Positions 19,104 through 28,680 of a DNA stretch of 64,000 bases are shown here, piece by piece. This DNA is from Promethearchaeati archaeon SRVP18_Atabeyarchaeia-1. GTDB lineage: Archaea; Asgardarchaeota; Atabeyarchaeia; Atabeyarchaeales; Atabeyarchaeaceae. Numbering within the stretch: position 1 is the first letter of the stretch; each line of letters opens with the position of its first letter. The notes beneath the pieces are model-generated. The model saw nothing but the letters and a program-made list of their open reading frames with translations, had not been told where the DNA came from and did not search any database. Made by a program: the position numbers and the translations under genes. Where the stretch lies: positions 800,001 to 864,000 of the forward strand of contig CP147779.1 in NCBI GenBank assembly GCA_037308085.1, in the 5' to 3' direction.

Positions 19104-19562
19104 CTACTTCTTGAGTCTTTCGACTACTTCTTTCTCCATCCACTTCTTAACTGCATTTCCCGTGATCAAGGTTTTCAGTTCCTCATCCAACTTCGAAGGT
19201 TGCACGACGAGAAGCCATCCCTCGCCATAAGGGTCGGTGTTAACCAGTGATGGCGCGCCTTTGATCTTGACGTTGACTTGGACTATTGTGCCAGATACTG
19301 GGGCCTTCAAGTCGCCCACCCACTTCCCCGATTCCAGTTTTCCGATGCTCTCGCCTTGACTTACAGCCTTCCCTTCTGGTCGGAGTCTTATGAACAGTAT
19401 CTTCCCTGCCGTAGCTTGGCCGAAATCGTCCAAGCCTACCTTCACGTTTTTCCCCTCAGCCTTCGCATATGTGTGGTCCTTGTGATAGTGGAGATTTGCT
19501 GGGAGCTTCACCGTAGCCTTCTCCCCATTCTTGTCGAAAGTAAAGCTATAAACCTCACTCAC
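19104..19562 (-). CDS. gcvH: glycine cleavage H-like lipoyl carrier protein
   Basis: LESGKW lipoyl-Lys; APVSG; NTDPYGEGW. Confidence 0.85.
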   Translation of the reverse strand: MSEVYSFTFDKNGEKATVKLPANLHYHKDHTYAKAEGKNVKVGLDDFGQATAGKILFIRLRPEGKAVSQGESIGKLESGKWVGDLKAPVSGTIVQVNVKIKGAPSLVNTDPYGEGWLLVVQPSKLDEELKTLITGNAVKKWMEKEVVERLKK

Positions 19563-19851
19563 TGCTTCGCAACACTCTCCTCACGACGATTCAATTACAG
19601 AATTGCGCCATTATACTCGACGCAGTCAGATAATTCTTTGCTGTTCCTATGGTTCCTCACCTAATATAAACCAATGCGTTTCCGGCAAGGCGATCTTCCC
19701 TGAAAGAATGTCAACTGCAGGGCGGTCTTCTTGGTGAATCTTTATAAACCACATAACATTACTGTCTTGCCTATCAAATGGTAAAATATAAATGCATCTG
19801 GCAAGCGTAGTGAAGAGCGAAACGGAACGAAGCTGAACGGGAGGCTCCAAC

Positions 19852-20862
19852 TTGGCTATTGAGATCCTTTTCTACTTCCGCGACCTATTCCTACTATTTG
19901 TGTTTCCAGGAATTGTGTTCTGTATAGGCTATTCCTTGTTTCTTGAATGGATTTATAGGAAATTCTTTGCTGATCTTCAGAACAGGATCGGTCCCAAGTA
20001 CACTGGTCCTCGAGGTGTTCTGCAACCTCTTGCCGATTTTATAAAGTTAATGGCCAAGGAAGATATCGTTCCAAAAGGAGCTGATCATCTCGGTTTCACG
20101 GCCACGCCGATACTCATGTTGACGCTGTCTCTGACGGCTCTCCTTTTGGTTCCAATATCGGGTCTGACGGGCCTAATTAGTTTTCAAGGAGACCTGATAT
20201 TTGCCATATTCCTCATGACATTGATGGCTATCTCCATAGTTCTTGCAGGATGGTTCTCTGCGAACAGATTCAGCGAGACAGGGTCAGCTAGAGCAGGCAT
20301 GCAGCTAGTTGGGTATGAGATACCATTGACGCTGGCGTTGATCTCGCCGGCAATAATCGCTGGGCGCCTTGACATAGCTGGAATACTGTCGTATCAGACT
20401 ACCCATGTATGGCTGATTGAATATGCACCTCTTGCATTCGGAATATTCATGATCTGCCTCCTAGCAGAGTTGGAGAAACTCCCATTTGACATACCGGAAG
20501 CACACACCGAGATTGTTGCAGGGTGGCTGACCGAGTTCTCTGGCAAGAAGTACGCTTTCTTCCACCTCTCCAACGATTTGGAGATGCTTTTCGGCGCCGG
20601 ATTAGCCGTAGCCCTATTCCTAGGAGGACCAGCACCACCAGTAAGCATACTGGCATTCGGAGTGGGGCTTGAGTGGTTGACTTATTCCGTCTGGTTCATG
20701 TTCAAGACCTTCCTTCTCGTGCTGTTGTTCTCCGGTATAAGCGCGCTACTTGGAAGGTGGAGAATTGACCAGATGATAAGAGGGAGCTGGAGGTACTTGA
20801 TACCACTGTCCGTTGCACAGTTGGTTTTGATTGAATTGCTGATGATACTAAGATTCTTATGA
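19852..20862 (+). CDS. NuoH/HyfC-like membrane subunit (complex I/group 4 hydrogenase)
   Basis: QNRIGP, GVLQPLADFIKLMAKE, PFDIPEA..EIVAG..EFSG. Confidence 0.92.
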   Translation: MAIEILFYFRDLFLLFVFPGIVFCIGYSLFLEWIYRKFFADLQNRIGPKYTGPRGVLQPLADFIKLMAKEDIVPKGADHLGFTATPILMLTLSLTALLLVPISGLTGLISFQGDLIFAIFLMTLMAISIVLAGWFSANRFSETGSARAGMQLVGYEIPLTLALISPAIIAGRLDIAGILSYQTTHVWLIEYAPLAFGIFMICLLAELEKLPFDIPEAHTEIVAGWLTEFSGKKYAFFHLSNDLEMLFGAGLAVALFLGGPAPPVSILAFGVGLEWLTYSVWFMFKTFLLVLLFSGISALLGRWRIDQMIRGSWRYLIPLSVAQLVLIELLMILRFL

Positions 20863-20898
20863 GTGTTTTACTAATGGTCTAGAAGGAGAAGACGTACA

Positions 20899-21252
20899 AT
20901 GCCTCGTCAAGTTCCAGGTAGAATCTTTCGGGAAGCAATACGTAAGAAGAGTCGGGCAACGATAATGTACCCCTTCGAGAAGCCAGAGGTCTTTGAAGGT
21001 GCAAGGGGTCTAATAGAGCACTTTATCGAGAAGTGTTCTGGATGCGGCCTATGCGCACGGGATTGCCCGGCGAAAGTAATTACCATGGTTGAAGACACCA
21101 GAACCAAAACTAAGAAGAAGCCTGAATTCCACTATGACAAGTGCACCTTCTGTTCTCAATGTGAGGAGAGTTGCCCGACAAAGGCGATAAAGCTCACAAC
21201 ACAGTATGAACTGGCGGGAACAGATCGCTCCAAGATGGTCATATCAACGTAG
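20899..21252 (+). CDS. NuoI-like 2x[4Fe-4S] subunit
   Basis: TIMYPFE..RG; CSGCGLCARDCP; CTFCSQCEESCP. Confidence 0.9.
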   Translation: MPRQVPGRIFREAIRKKSRATIMYPFEKPEVFEGARGLIEHFIEKCSGCGLCARDCPAKVITMVEDTRTKTKKKPEFHYDKCTFCSQCEESCPTKAIKLTTQYELAGTDRSKMVIST

Positions 21253-21479
21253 GGTGATTTTGACCCTTCCTTAAACTGCTTTTGTTTCGATTGACGGAAG
21301 GTTCACTAGTAGATAGCCAAAGAGCTTTAACTGGCAGTACTTTCACACTTGACATCGTCTTCAGCTCTACCAAGTTTGATTTCGAAAGCGATCGCAATAT
21401 ATTGGGTATCTTACTAACCGTAATCAACCCGGATCTTGAATCCGTTTCTGATCCTAGAAAGTGAAGTGAGGTCTCCGCG

Positions 21480-22268
21480 TTGAACATAATTGTCTGCATT
21501 AAGCAGGTTCCCGAGATAACACAAGTGAAACTTGACCCAGTTACACACAACCTTGTTCGCGAAGGCGTCCCATCTATAGTTAATCCCTTTGATGAGATTG
21601 CTCTTGAGGAAGCCCTCAGAATAAAGGAGAAACACGGCGGGCAAGTCACAGTAATAACAATGGGCCCACCACAAGCAAAAGACGCCATACTAAGATGCCT
21701 AGCCATGGGCGCAGACAAAGGAATAATCCTAACAGACCGCGCCTTCGCAGGAGCAGACACATGGGCCACTTCATTAACACTAGCAAAAGCCATCGAAAAA
21801 CTGGAATACGATCTCATCCTCTGCGGCAAGCAAGCAATCGACGGCGACACCGGACAAGTTGGCCCTGAGATTGCGGAGCATCTTGGTATTCCGATAATAC
21901 CTTACGTGAAGAACGTGGTGGTTGATCCTGGCCAGAAGAAGGTTACCGCTCATTCAGAGACGGATGTGGGGTACGATGCCATCGAATGTAAATTCCCAGT
22001 CATACTTACAGCTATAAAAGGTTTGAATGAACCTCGGTTGCCTTCTGTTCTAGGGATAATGTCTGCCAGGAAGAAAGAGATAAAGATGTGGGGTGTCGCA
22101 GATATAGGCGGGGATGCGGGGGTCTACGGTCTGAAAGGTTCTCCCACGCAAGTGGTGAAGGTAGCTACGCCAGAACCTAGAAGCAAAGGCAAGATGATAA
22201 ATGAGGAGGACCCAAAGGTCGCTGCCAAAAAGCTTGTTCAGGTGCTTACCGATGCTCATGTGCTGTAG
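21480..22268 (+). CDS. etfB: electron transfer flavoprotein beta subunit
   Basis: IIVCIKQVP, FAGADTWAT, GKQAIDGDTGQVGP, GLKGSPT. Confidence 0.95.
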   Translation: MNIIVCIKQVPEITQVKLDPVTHNLVREGVPSIVNPFDEIALEEALRIKEKHGGQVTVITMGPPQAKDAILRCLAMGADKGIILTDRAFAGADTWATSLTLAKAIEKLEYDLILCGKQAIDGDTGQVGPEIAEHLGIPIIPYVKNVVVDPGQKKVTAHSETDVGYDAIECKFPVILTAIKGLNEPRLPSVLGIMSARKKEIKMWGVADIGGDAGVYGLKGSPTQVVKVATPEPRSKGKMINEEDPKVAAKKLVQVLTDAHVL

Positions 22269-22285
22269 TTTGGAGGTTATGGGAC

Positions 22286-23491
22286 GTGCCAGAGCTATTG
22301 AAAGTTGACAAGAACAGGTGCATTGGATGCAGTATCTGTGTTCAGGTCTGTCCTTTCAACGCTGCTAAGCTCGTTGACAAGAAGGCAGAGATGAATGAGA
22401 ACTGCACCCTGTGTGGCGCCTGTGAAAAAGCATGCCCCGAGCAGGCGATAAGTATTGAACGCAGAAAAGCTACTTCGCCAGAAGAGTTAGCGAAAAACAA
22501 AGGCGTGTGGGTTGTAGTTGAGCACAGCGACGGCGAATTGAGACGCGTCGTGTTAGAGCTTCTGACGGAAGGCAAGAAACTCGCTGCAAAGTTGAAGGAG
22601 GAAGTCGCAGCGGTACTAATTGGCTATGAAGTGACTAACCTCGCCAAGACGCTGGCTGAATATGGTGCTGACAAAATCTATCTGGTGGAAAACGAACTTC
22701 TGGACAAGTACACCTCAGATGGCTACGTTCACGCCCTCGTCGGAGCCATCTCAAAACACAAACCTTCAATAGTTCTGATCGGGGCAACTCCAAGAGGTCG
22801 AGAACTTGCGCCAAGAGTTGCGGCAAGACTTGAAGTAGGACTGACAGCAGACTGCACCGGTCTCGATATTGATGACAAGGGTCAGCTACTCCAAATAAGG
22901 CCAGCTTTCGGCGGCAATATAATGGCCACCATTCTCTCCCCCTACACCAGACCACAAATGGCAACTGTGAGACCCAATGTCATGAAAGTGGGGGAAAGCG
23001 ATGGGAAGAGAGAACCAAGCATCGTGAAGGTGGAAGTAAACATTAGCCCAAGAACTGTGCGGACCAGACTTGGCCAATCAGTCAAAGAGGTAACTGGAGC
23101 AGTTAAGATTGAAGAGGCGAACGTCGTAGTGTCTGCCGGTAGGGGTATTGGATCGCGCGATAACCTGAAAATAGTGGAGGAACTAGCATCAGTTCTAAAT
23201 GGAGCTGTCGGTGGCTCAAGGGCGATAGTTGACGTGGGCTACTTACCTCACCACCAACAGGTCGGCCAGTCAGGCAAAACAGTCTCGCCACGCCTCTACA
23301 TAGCAATTGGCATATCAGGCGCAATACAGCACCTCATAGGTATGCAGAGCTCCGACTTCATAGTGGCGATCAACACAGACCCAGAAGCGCCTATCCTCAA
23401 GATAGCCGACGTTGGAATCGTCGGAGACCTCTTCAAGGTGGTCCCCGCCATAATCGAGGAACTGAAGGCACTTAAAGAAGAGCAAAGGTAG
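22286..23491 (+). CDS. etfA: electron transfer flavoprotein alpha subunit with N-terminal 2x[4Fe-4S] ferredoxin
   Basis: Two CxxCxxCxxxCP motifs; RPAFGGN; QVGQSGK; GISGAIQH. Confidence 0.95.
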   Translation: MPELLKVDKNRCIGCSICVQVCPFNAAKLVDKKAEMNENCTLCGACEKACPEQAISIERRKATSPEELAKNKGVWVVVEHSDGELRRVVLELLTEGKKLAAKLKEEVAAVLIGYEVTNLAKTLAEYGADKIYLVENELLDKYTSDGYVHALVGAISKHKPSIVLIGATPRGRELAPRVAARLEVGLTADCTGLDIDDKGQLLQIRPAFGGNIMATILSPYTRPQMATVRPNVMKVGESDGKREPSIVKVEVNISPRTVRTRLGQSVKEVTGAVKIEEANVVVSAGRGIGSRDNLKIVEELASVLNGAVGGSRAIVDVGYLPHHQQVGQSGKTVSPRLYIAIGISGAIQHLIGMQSSDFIVAINTDPEAPILKIADVGIVGDLFKVVPAIIEELKALKEEQR

Positions 23492-23592
23492 ATTCGGCAA
23501 CTGGCGCGCAACCACCTTCGATCCGACCCCCACCTCATTTTCCCGCAAAAAACAAATACCTATCGGCATCAAGGTGACACCATATAGAGCAA

Positions 23593-24831
23593 ATGGAGAG
23601 AAGAAGAAGAAGAAGAAAGGTTGTGGTTCATTTGGATTTTGGTTTTACCGAAGAACAAGACATGCTGAGACAGACAGTCCGAGAATTTGGCGAGAAGAAA
23701 CTGCGCCCCAGACTAAAAGAAATCGAAGAAAGAAAGGAGATACCTCAAGACGTAATCAAGGGCATGGCTGACCTCGGACTATTCGGGATCAACCTGAAAA
23801 GCGACGTCGGAGGATCAGAACAAGACCTAACCTCCGCCGCAATAGTGGTAGAAGAGCTCGCCCGAGCAGACTTCACATGCGCCACCGCCGTATACTACCT
23901 TGTACAAGTTGGTTGGTCGATGATATTCGACAAGTATGGAACACAGCAGGCCAAAGCTGAGCTGCTTCCGAAGATGATCAGACAGGAGAACTTCTTCGGA
24001 ATTGCGACAACGGAGCCTGAGGGTGGTTCCGACTTAGCTGCAATGAGGACGACAATCAGCAAGAAAGGAAACAAGTGGGTGATAAATGGTGAGAAGGCAT
24101 ACATTAGTGGCGTAAGAGAAGCCATGAGACTAGGGGGAGGATATTTCGGGCTGGTCAAGTCAGATCCGAAGCTCGGACACAAAGGATTCACGTGCATAGT
24201 GCTCCCAATGGGAAAGAGCGTCAAAGGTCTGTCAACAACTCTATATGAGGATATGGGAAGGATGGGTCTCTCAACAGGTGGCTTCACGATGAAGGACGTC
24301 GAAGTCCCAGACTACTACGCAATAGGACAAGTCAATAATGGGTTCTACTTGGCAATGGAAGGGTTCAACGCGGCCCGCGTGCTTGTGGCAGCGGCGTGTT
24401 GCGGAGCAGGTCAAGGTCTCTTGGACTTTGGAATAGACTTCATAAAGACGAGAAAGGCGTTCGGTCAGCCACTGGCGAAGTTTCAGGGAATTCAATTCGA
24501 GCTGGCAGACAATTATGCGCAGCTTGACGCAGCAAGGCTCGTAACCTACCGGTCAGCTTGGATGGTCGACGAGTTCTACAAGAGCAAGAGATTCACATCA
24601 CTCCAATGCAGCAAAGCCGTCGCCGAAGCTAAACTCCTAGCCCCACTGATCGGATTCAAAGCAGCAAACGACGCAATGAGCTGGTTCGGGGCGTACGGGT
24701 ACACTAAGGAGGGCTTGATTGAGGCTGGAGTGAGAGGAATCAGATCATATTCCGTTGGCGCAGAAGGCGCTACGAACATCATGAGGATAATCATAGCTCG
24801 AGAAGTTCTTGGAAAGGAATTTACGAAGTAG
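23593..24831 (+). CDS. acyl-CoA dehydrogenase
   Basis: TEPEGGSD, NGEKAYIS, RKAFG, FQGIQF, GAYGY, EGATNI; true start probably about 9-12 codons downstream. Confidence 0.93.
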   Translation: MERRRRRRKVVVHLDFGFTEEQDMLRQTVREFGEKKLRPRLKEIEERKEIPQDVIKGMADLGLFGINLKSDVGGSEQDLTSAAIVVEELARADFTCATAVYYLVQVGWSMIFDKYGTQQAKAELLPKMIRQENFFGIATTEPEGGSDLAAMRTTISKKGNKWVINGEKAYISGVREAMRLGGGYFGLVKSDPKLGHKGFTCIVLPMGKSVKGLSTTLYEDMGRMGLSTGGFTMKDVEVPDYYAIGQVNNGFYLAMEGFNAARVLVAAACCGAGQGLLDFGIDFIKTRKAFGQPLAKFQGIQFELADNYAQLDAARLVTYRSAWMVDEFYKSKRFTSLQCSKAVAEAKLLAPLIGFKAANDAMSWFGAYGYTKEGLIEAGVRGIRSYSVGAEGATNIMRIIIAREVLGKEFTK

Positions 24832-25115
24832 CTCGGCCTTCTGGTTGCTCCAGCCCCTTTCCTTTTTTGCAGTCATAAACCAAGTCCAAAGGTTTACGCT
24901 TATTGATGAATAAAGGCCATTATGCTTTGCGTTCTAATGGTTTGTGACAAATGAATTCTTATTCTGAGAAGCAAAGCTGGTCAAGGAAAATCATTCTGGT
25001 GATAAAGATAGTCTGACATAGAGGCAGGCGAGTGGGAAAGATCAAGGGTACGTTCACAAAAGGTCTAACTGAGTTCCCTTCTTGTTCTCAGATCTAATGT
25101 CTATTACTATGATCT

Positions 25116-26090
25116 TTATCTCGAGACTCTCTTTTGCTGGTAGTTCTTCTCTGGTCTAGGGATGCCAAGTCTATCACATTTCTTTGCCACCGTTCTATGA
25201 TCGACGTCATATCTAGCGGCGATTTGCCTGAGTGATGTTTTCTGCACTAGCATTCCCAGCTCATCGCATGTGATTCTCATCCATCGAGCATGATGTTGTT
25301 TCCAGATTCTTTTTCCTTCACTTGTTAGCACTTCACGGGATCTCCGTAATTTCTCGTCTTGTGTGCAAGGAAACCAAAGTAGCTTCCGGGGCATACTGTG
25401 TTTGTAATTTTTCCTCATCTGAATGAACAATTCTACGCCAAGAGATACGGAGTAGCTCATCGCCCTTATCTCATCTCCATGAGGTCTGCTCTCGATGCAG
25501 ATCTCTGACGTGTTGTATCTGCTCTTTATTTGTTCCAGAATTTTGTGGTTACTTGAGGTGATCTTGGTCGTATATTGTCTTCCATCGGCGTCGTAGTATC
25601 CTAATAGAAATGCCAATTCCAATCCTCTGTTAGCAAGTGTTGGCAACTCTGTTCTCTTAGTTTTCTTGAATAATACTCCATGGCTTAGCAGGTCGACACC
25701 CATTTTAAGGCATGCGAATCTGATGCCGACGAATTCCGCTCCAGTGCTTCTGTCGATGCCTCGCTTTTTTCTGCTTTTTTCGAGCCCCAAGCATTTGCAG
25801 AACATGTCAATAACAGATTCGTCTTGCCGGGAAAGTTTGAGTTGGATGAGTATTGAGCCATAATGGTCGCAGATGTGTCCGTCCCCATATAGAAATCCAA
25901 GCCAATAGGCTTTCTCTTTGGTATCGATCTTCTGAAAGTAGTTGGTCCTCAGATTCGGGTGAGCTGTGCGTATCTTCCACCTCTTATGCCATTTCTGCCA
26001 TCTCTCCGGCGAAGCATCGTCAGACATCTTAGGTTCCTCTTTCTCACCCATGCCGAAATGTCCCCCCCTTTCTTCCATACAGATTATCAC
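25116..26090 (-). CDS. free-standing two-motif LAGLIDADG endonuclease-like protein with C-terminal HTH
   Basis: AYWLGFLYGDG and AFLLGYYDADG; SLRQIAARYDVDHRTV HTH. Confidence 0.85.
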   Translation of the reverse strand: MIICMEERGGHFGMGEKEEPKMSDDASPERWQKWHKRWKIRTAHPNLRTNYFQKIDTKEKAYWLGFLYGDGHICDHYGSILIQLKLSRQDESVIDMFCKCLGLEKSRKKRGIDRSTGAEFVGIRFACLKMGVDLLSHGVLFKKTKRTELPTLANRGLELAFLLGYYDADGRQYTTKITSSNHKILEQIKSRYNTSEICIESRPHGDEIRAMSYSVSLGVELFIQMRKNYKHSMPRKLLWFPCTQDEKLRRSREVLTSEGKRIWKQHHARWMRITCDELGMLVQKTSLRQIAARYDVDHRTVAKKCDRLGIPRPEKNYQQKRVSR

Positions 26091-26559
26091 GGGATATTGT
26101 AACTACTCACCCTACTACAGCATTGAGAACAGTGGCCTCAACTAACTAGTTGCTCCTTTAGTGTTGTTCCCTGCTACCGCCATCAACTGATGGATGCCTG
26201 TGGATTTCAGGAGTGGGTCACTTGCCCGTCGCTTATGAGGCTTAAGAACGCCACGAATCATATTTGCACTAAAAAGGGGTTCATTGAATCGGTGGTCAGA
26301 GGAATTCGTTCCTGTTCATGGGCACCGAGGGTGCCCAGAATATCATGAGGAGAATAATCGCCTGGGAAGTCTTGGGTAACGAGTCCATCAAGTCAATCGT
26401 CATGGGGCTTTCGGTGGCGACCTTTCTCTCTTTATTCCTGATCTCTCTTGCTTGAGAAGAGAGATTTCGGCGAAAAATGAAAGCCAGACATTCCAAGACA
26501 GACAAAGAGAGAAAATGATCGGAATCCATTTCGGGTTCCGAAAGCTAGGCTTCTGGGTT

Positions 26560-26965
26560 GCCTTCGTCAAGACTTCGAGGAGTTCGAGGACCTGCATGTT
26601 GCTTCCCATTTGCTTCACACAATCTGAGAGATTCAGGTAGCAGAATGGGCATGAAGTGACTATGGCTAGGGCACCAGTTGCTTGGATCTCGACTATCGTT
26701 CTTTCGTAGTGTCTATTGCAAGTTCAGGATACTGACTCTTAACGCCACCGCCAGAACCGCAGCACCATGAATCTTCCTTGATGCGGTACATCTCTACGAA
26801 TTGTAGGCCTGGTATTGCTTTCAAGACGCGCCGGGGTTTCTCGTACCATTCCTGTTTTGCTTGGTCGGCTTTTCTTTAATCAATGAGCCAGTTGTTTGAT
26901 CCTTCAAGGATCTTCCTTTCGATTTGCTTGCCTATGTGTCTACCTAGTGGCTTGGATCATACCAG
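26560..26965 (-). pseudogene. degenerate copy of the 3' end of the CCG Fe-S oxidoreductase gene at 28681-29961
   Basis: Encodes ..HIGKQIE..WYEKPRRVLKAIPGLQFVEMYRIKEDSWCCGSGGG..TSCPFCYLNL with a stop and a frameshift. Confidence 0.9.
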
Positions 26966-27148
26966 TCCGTTTCTTTGCCGGTAGGAACTACAGAAGTGGA
27001 ATAGATGCACACCAGCAGCCCTATCTGGTGAAGACTCTGCTACACATTCTAGTCTCTGTTGAGCCTATCGGATATGGTAGTATAAAGTGAACGAAAAGAT
27101 AGGTCTAAATACGCGAGTATTCTAGGACCAATAGGGGTCGATCTGATT

Positions 27149-28405
27149 TTGTCGTCTGAGAGGAGTGAGGGGATGAAGGCGGTTGCCGTTGTAATGGTGT
27201 TTTTTGTCGCCTTCGTGGGGATTACTATTCACGCTGTGCCTGTGTCTCCTCCTCGGGCAGATGATAGTGGGGCGACCCCAGAGGGGATAAGAAGCGTCGC
27301 GAACGCTATTAGTCAGTTCGCCTTGGAGCTTTACTCGAACATCAGGAACGGCGATGGGGGTAATATCTTCTATTCACCGTATAGCATTTTCGTGGCTCTG
27401 GCAATGGCGTATGAAGGTGCAAGAGGGCAAACCGCTGATGAAATCCGATCAGTTTTCCACTTCCCCAGCGATAATGCCACGCTTAGATCATCAATGGCGG
27501 CAATCTATAACGAATTGAACAGAGAAGACGGTAGCGATCTGCTTCGTACAGCCAATGCTCTGTGGGTCCAAAACGACTATCCACTATTGGAAGAGTACCT
27601 ATCCACGATTGATAGATATTATGTTGGAAGAGCAGGCAATGTTGATTTCAGGTGGGCAACTGAGCAGGCGCGTCAGACGATAAATGGATGGGTTCAGGAC
27701 GAGACAAACAATAAGATTCGAGATTTGCTGCCTCCGGGTTCCCTGGATCCGTCGACCCGCCTCTTTTTAACCAATGCAATCTATTTTGAGGGAGCATGGG
27801 TTACACAATTCCCCGTAAGCGAAACGCAAGAGCAGGATTTTAGGGTAAGTGAAGGCCAGACTGTCAGAGTTCCAATGATGAATCTCTTGGGTCATTATGG
27901 AGCGGTCTTTAATTACTTTGAGGACGAGAATCTGCAAGTCCTCGAAATGAAATATGACAGCGGAGACTTGTCCATGCTTATCTTGCTGCCTAAGAACGGT
28001 AATCTAACATCTCTCGAAGATTCCCTCACATTAGAGCATCTTAACCAGTGGAGGAATGGGCTCACCGAGCAACGTGTCGATGTCTCTATCCCTAGGTTTA
28101 CTTTCACTGCAGAGTATTCTTTGGCTAGGAATCTGGCAGAAATGGGGATGCCAACGGCTTTCTCTGGTGCGGCAGACTTCTCTGGAATAGATGGAACAAG
28201 GAATCTTTGCATTCAGTACGTTGTTCACCAAGCATTCATTGACGTAAACGAGAAAGGAACAGAAGGCGCGGCCGCAACTGGTGTAGGAATGTGTTTGATG
28301 TTACCTCCTTTATTTCTTGCTAACCACCCGTTCATGTTCCTGATTCAGGATAGGGGAACAGGAAACATTCTGTTCTTGGGTAGGGTTATTGATCCCACGC
28401 AATAG
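27149..28405 (+). CDS. serpin (serine protease inhibitor) with signal peptide
   Basis: NIFYSPYSI, NAIYFEGAW, EKGTEGAAAT hinge, NHPFMFLI, LFLGRV. Confidence 0.95.
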   Translation: MSSERSEGMKAVAVVMVFFVAFVGITIHAVPVSPPRADDSGATPEGIRSVANAISQFALELYSNIRNGDGGNIFYSPYSIFVALAMAYEGARGQTADEIRSVFHFPSDNATLRSSMAAIYNELNREDGSDLLRTANALWVQNDYPLLEEYLSTIDRYYVGRAGNVDFRWATEQARQTINGWVQDETNNKIRDLLPPGSLDPSTRLFLTNAIYFEGAWVTQFPVSETQEQDFRVSEGQTVRVPMMNLLGHYGAVFNYFEDENLQVLEMKYDSGDLSMLILLPKNGNLTSLEDSLTLEHLNQWRNGLTEQRVDVSIPRFTFTAEYSLARNLAEMGMPTAFSGAADFSGIDGTRNLCIQYVVHQAFIDVNEKGTEGAAATGVGMCLMLPPLFLANHPFMFLIQDRGTGNILFLGRVIDPTQ

Positions 28406-28680
28406 AAAGATGTTCATCAGCCACCCCATCGATTGCGTGTGGAACCACTCGAACTATGCTCAGGAGTTCTGCTCATAGAGTAGCTTGGATGTGAGTCGCT
28501 GGAGCTAATAGGATCATGTTGGCGGAGTTGGGAAAGACGCCTACTTGACTCAGAAGGTCAGGGCTAAAGGTCTATTTGAAGGGCGCATAGGCTAGCAACA
28601 GGTGGAGAGGAGACCCAAGAATGCTGACAAAAAGAAAGAGGGAAATCTGGATTCAAACTTGCTCTCGGTGTGTTCGAATC

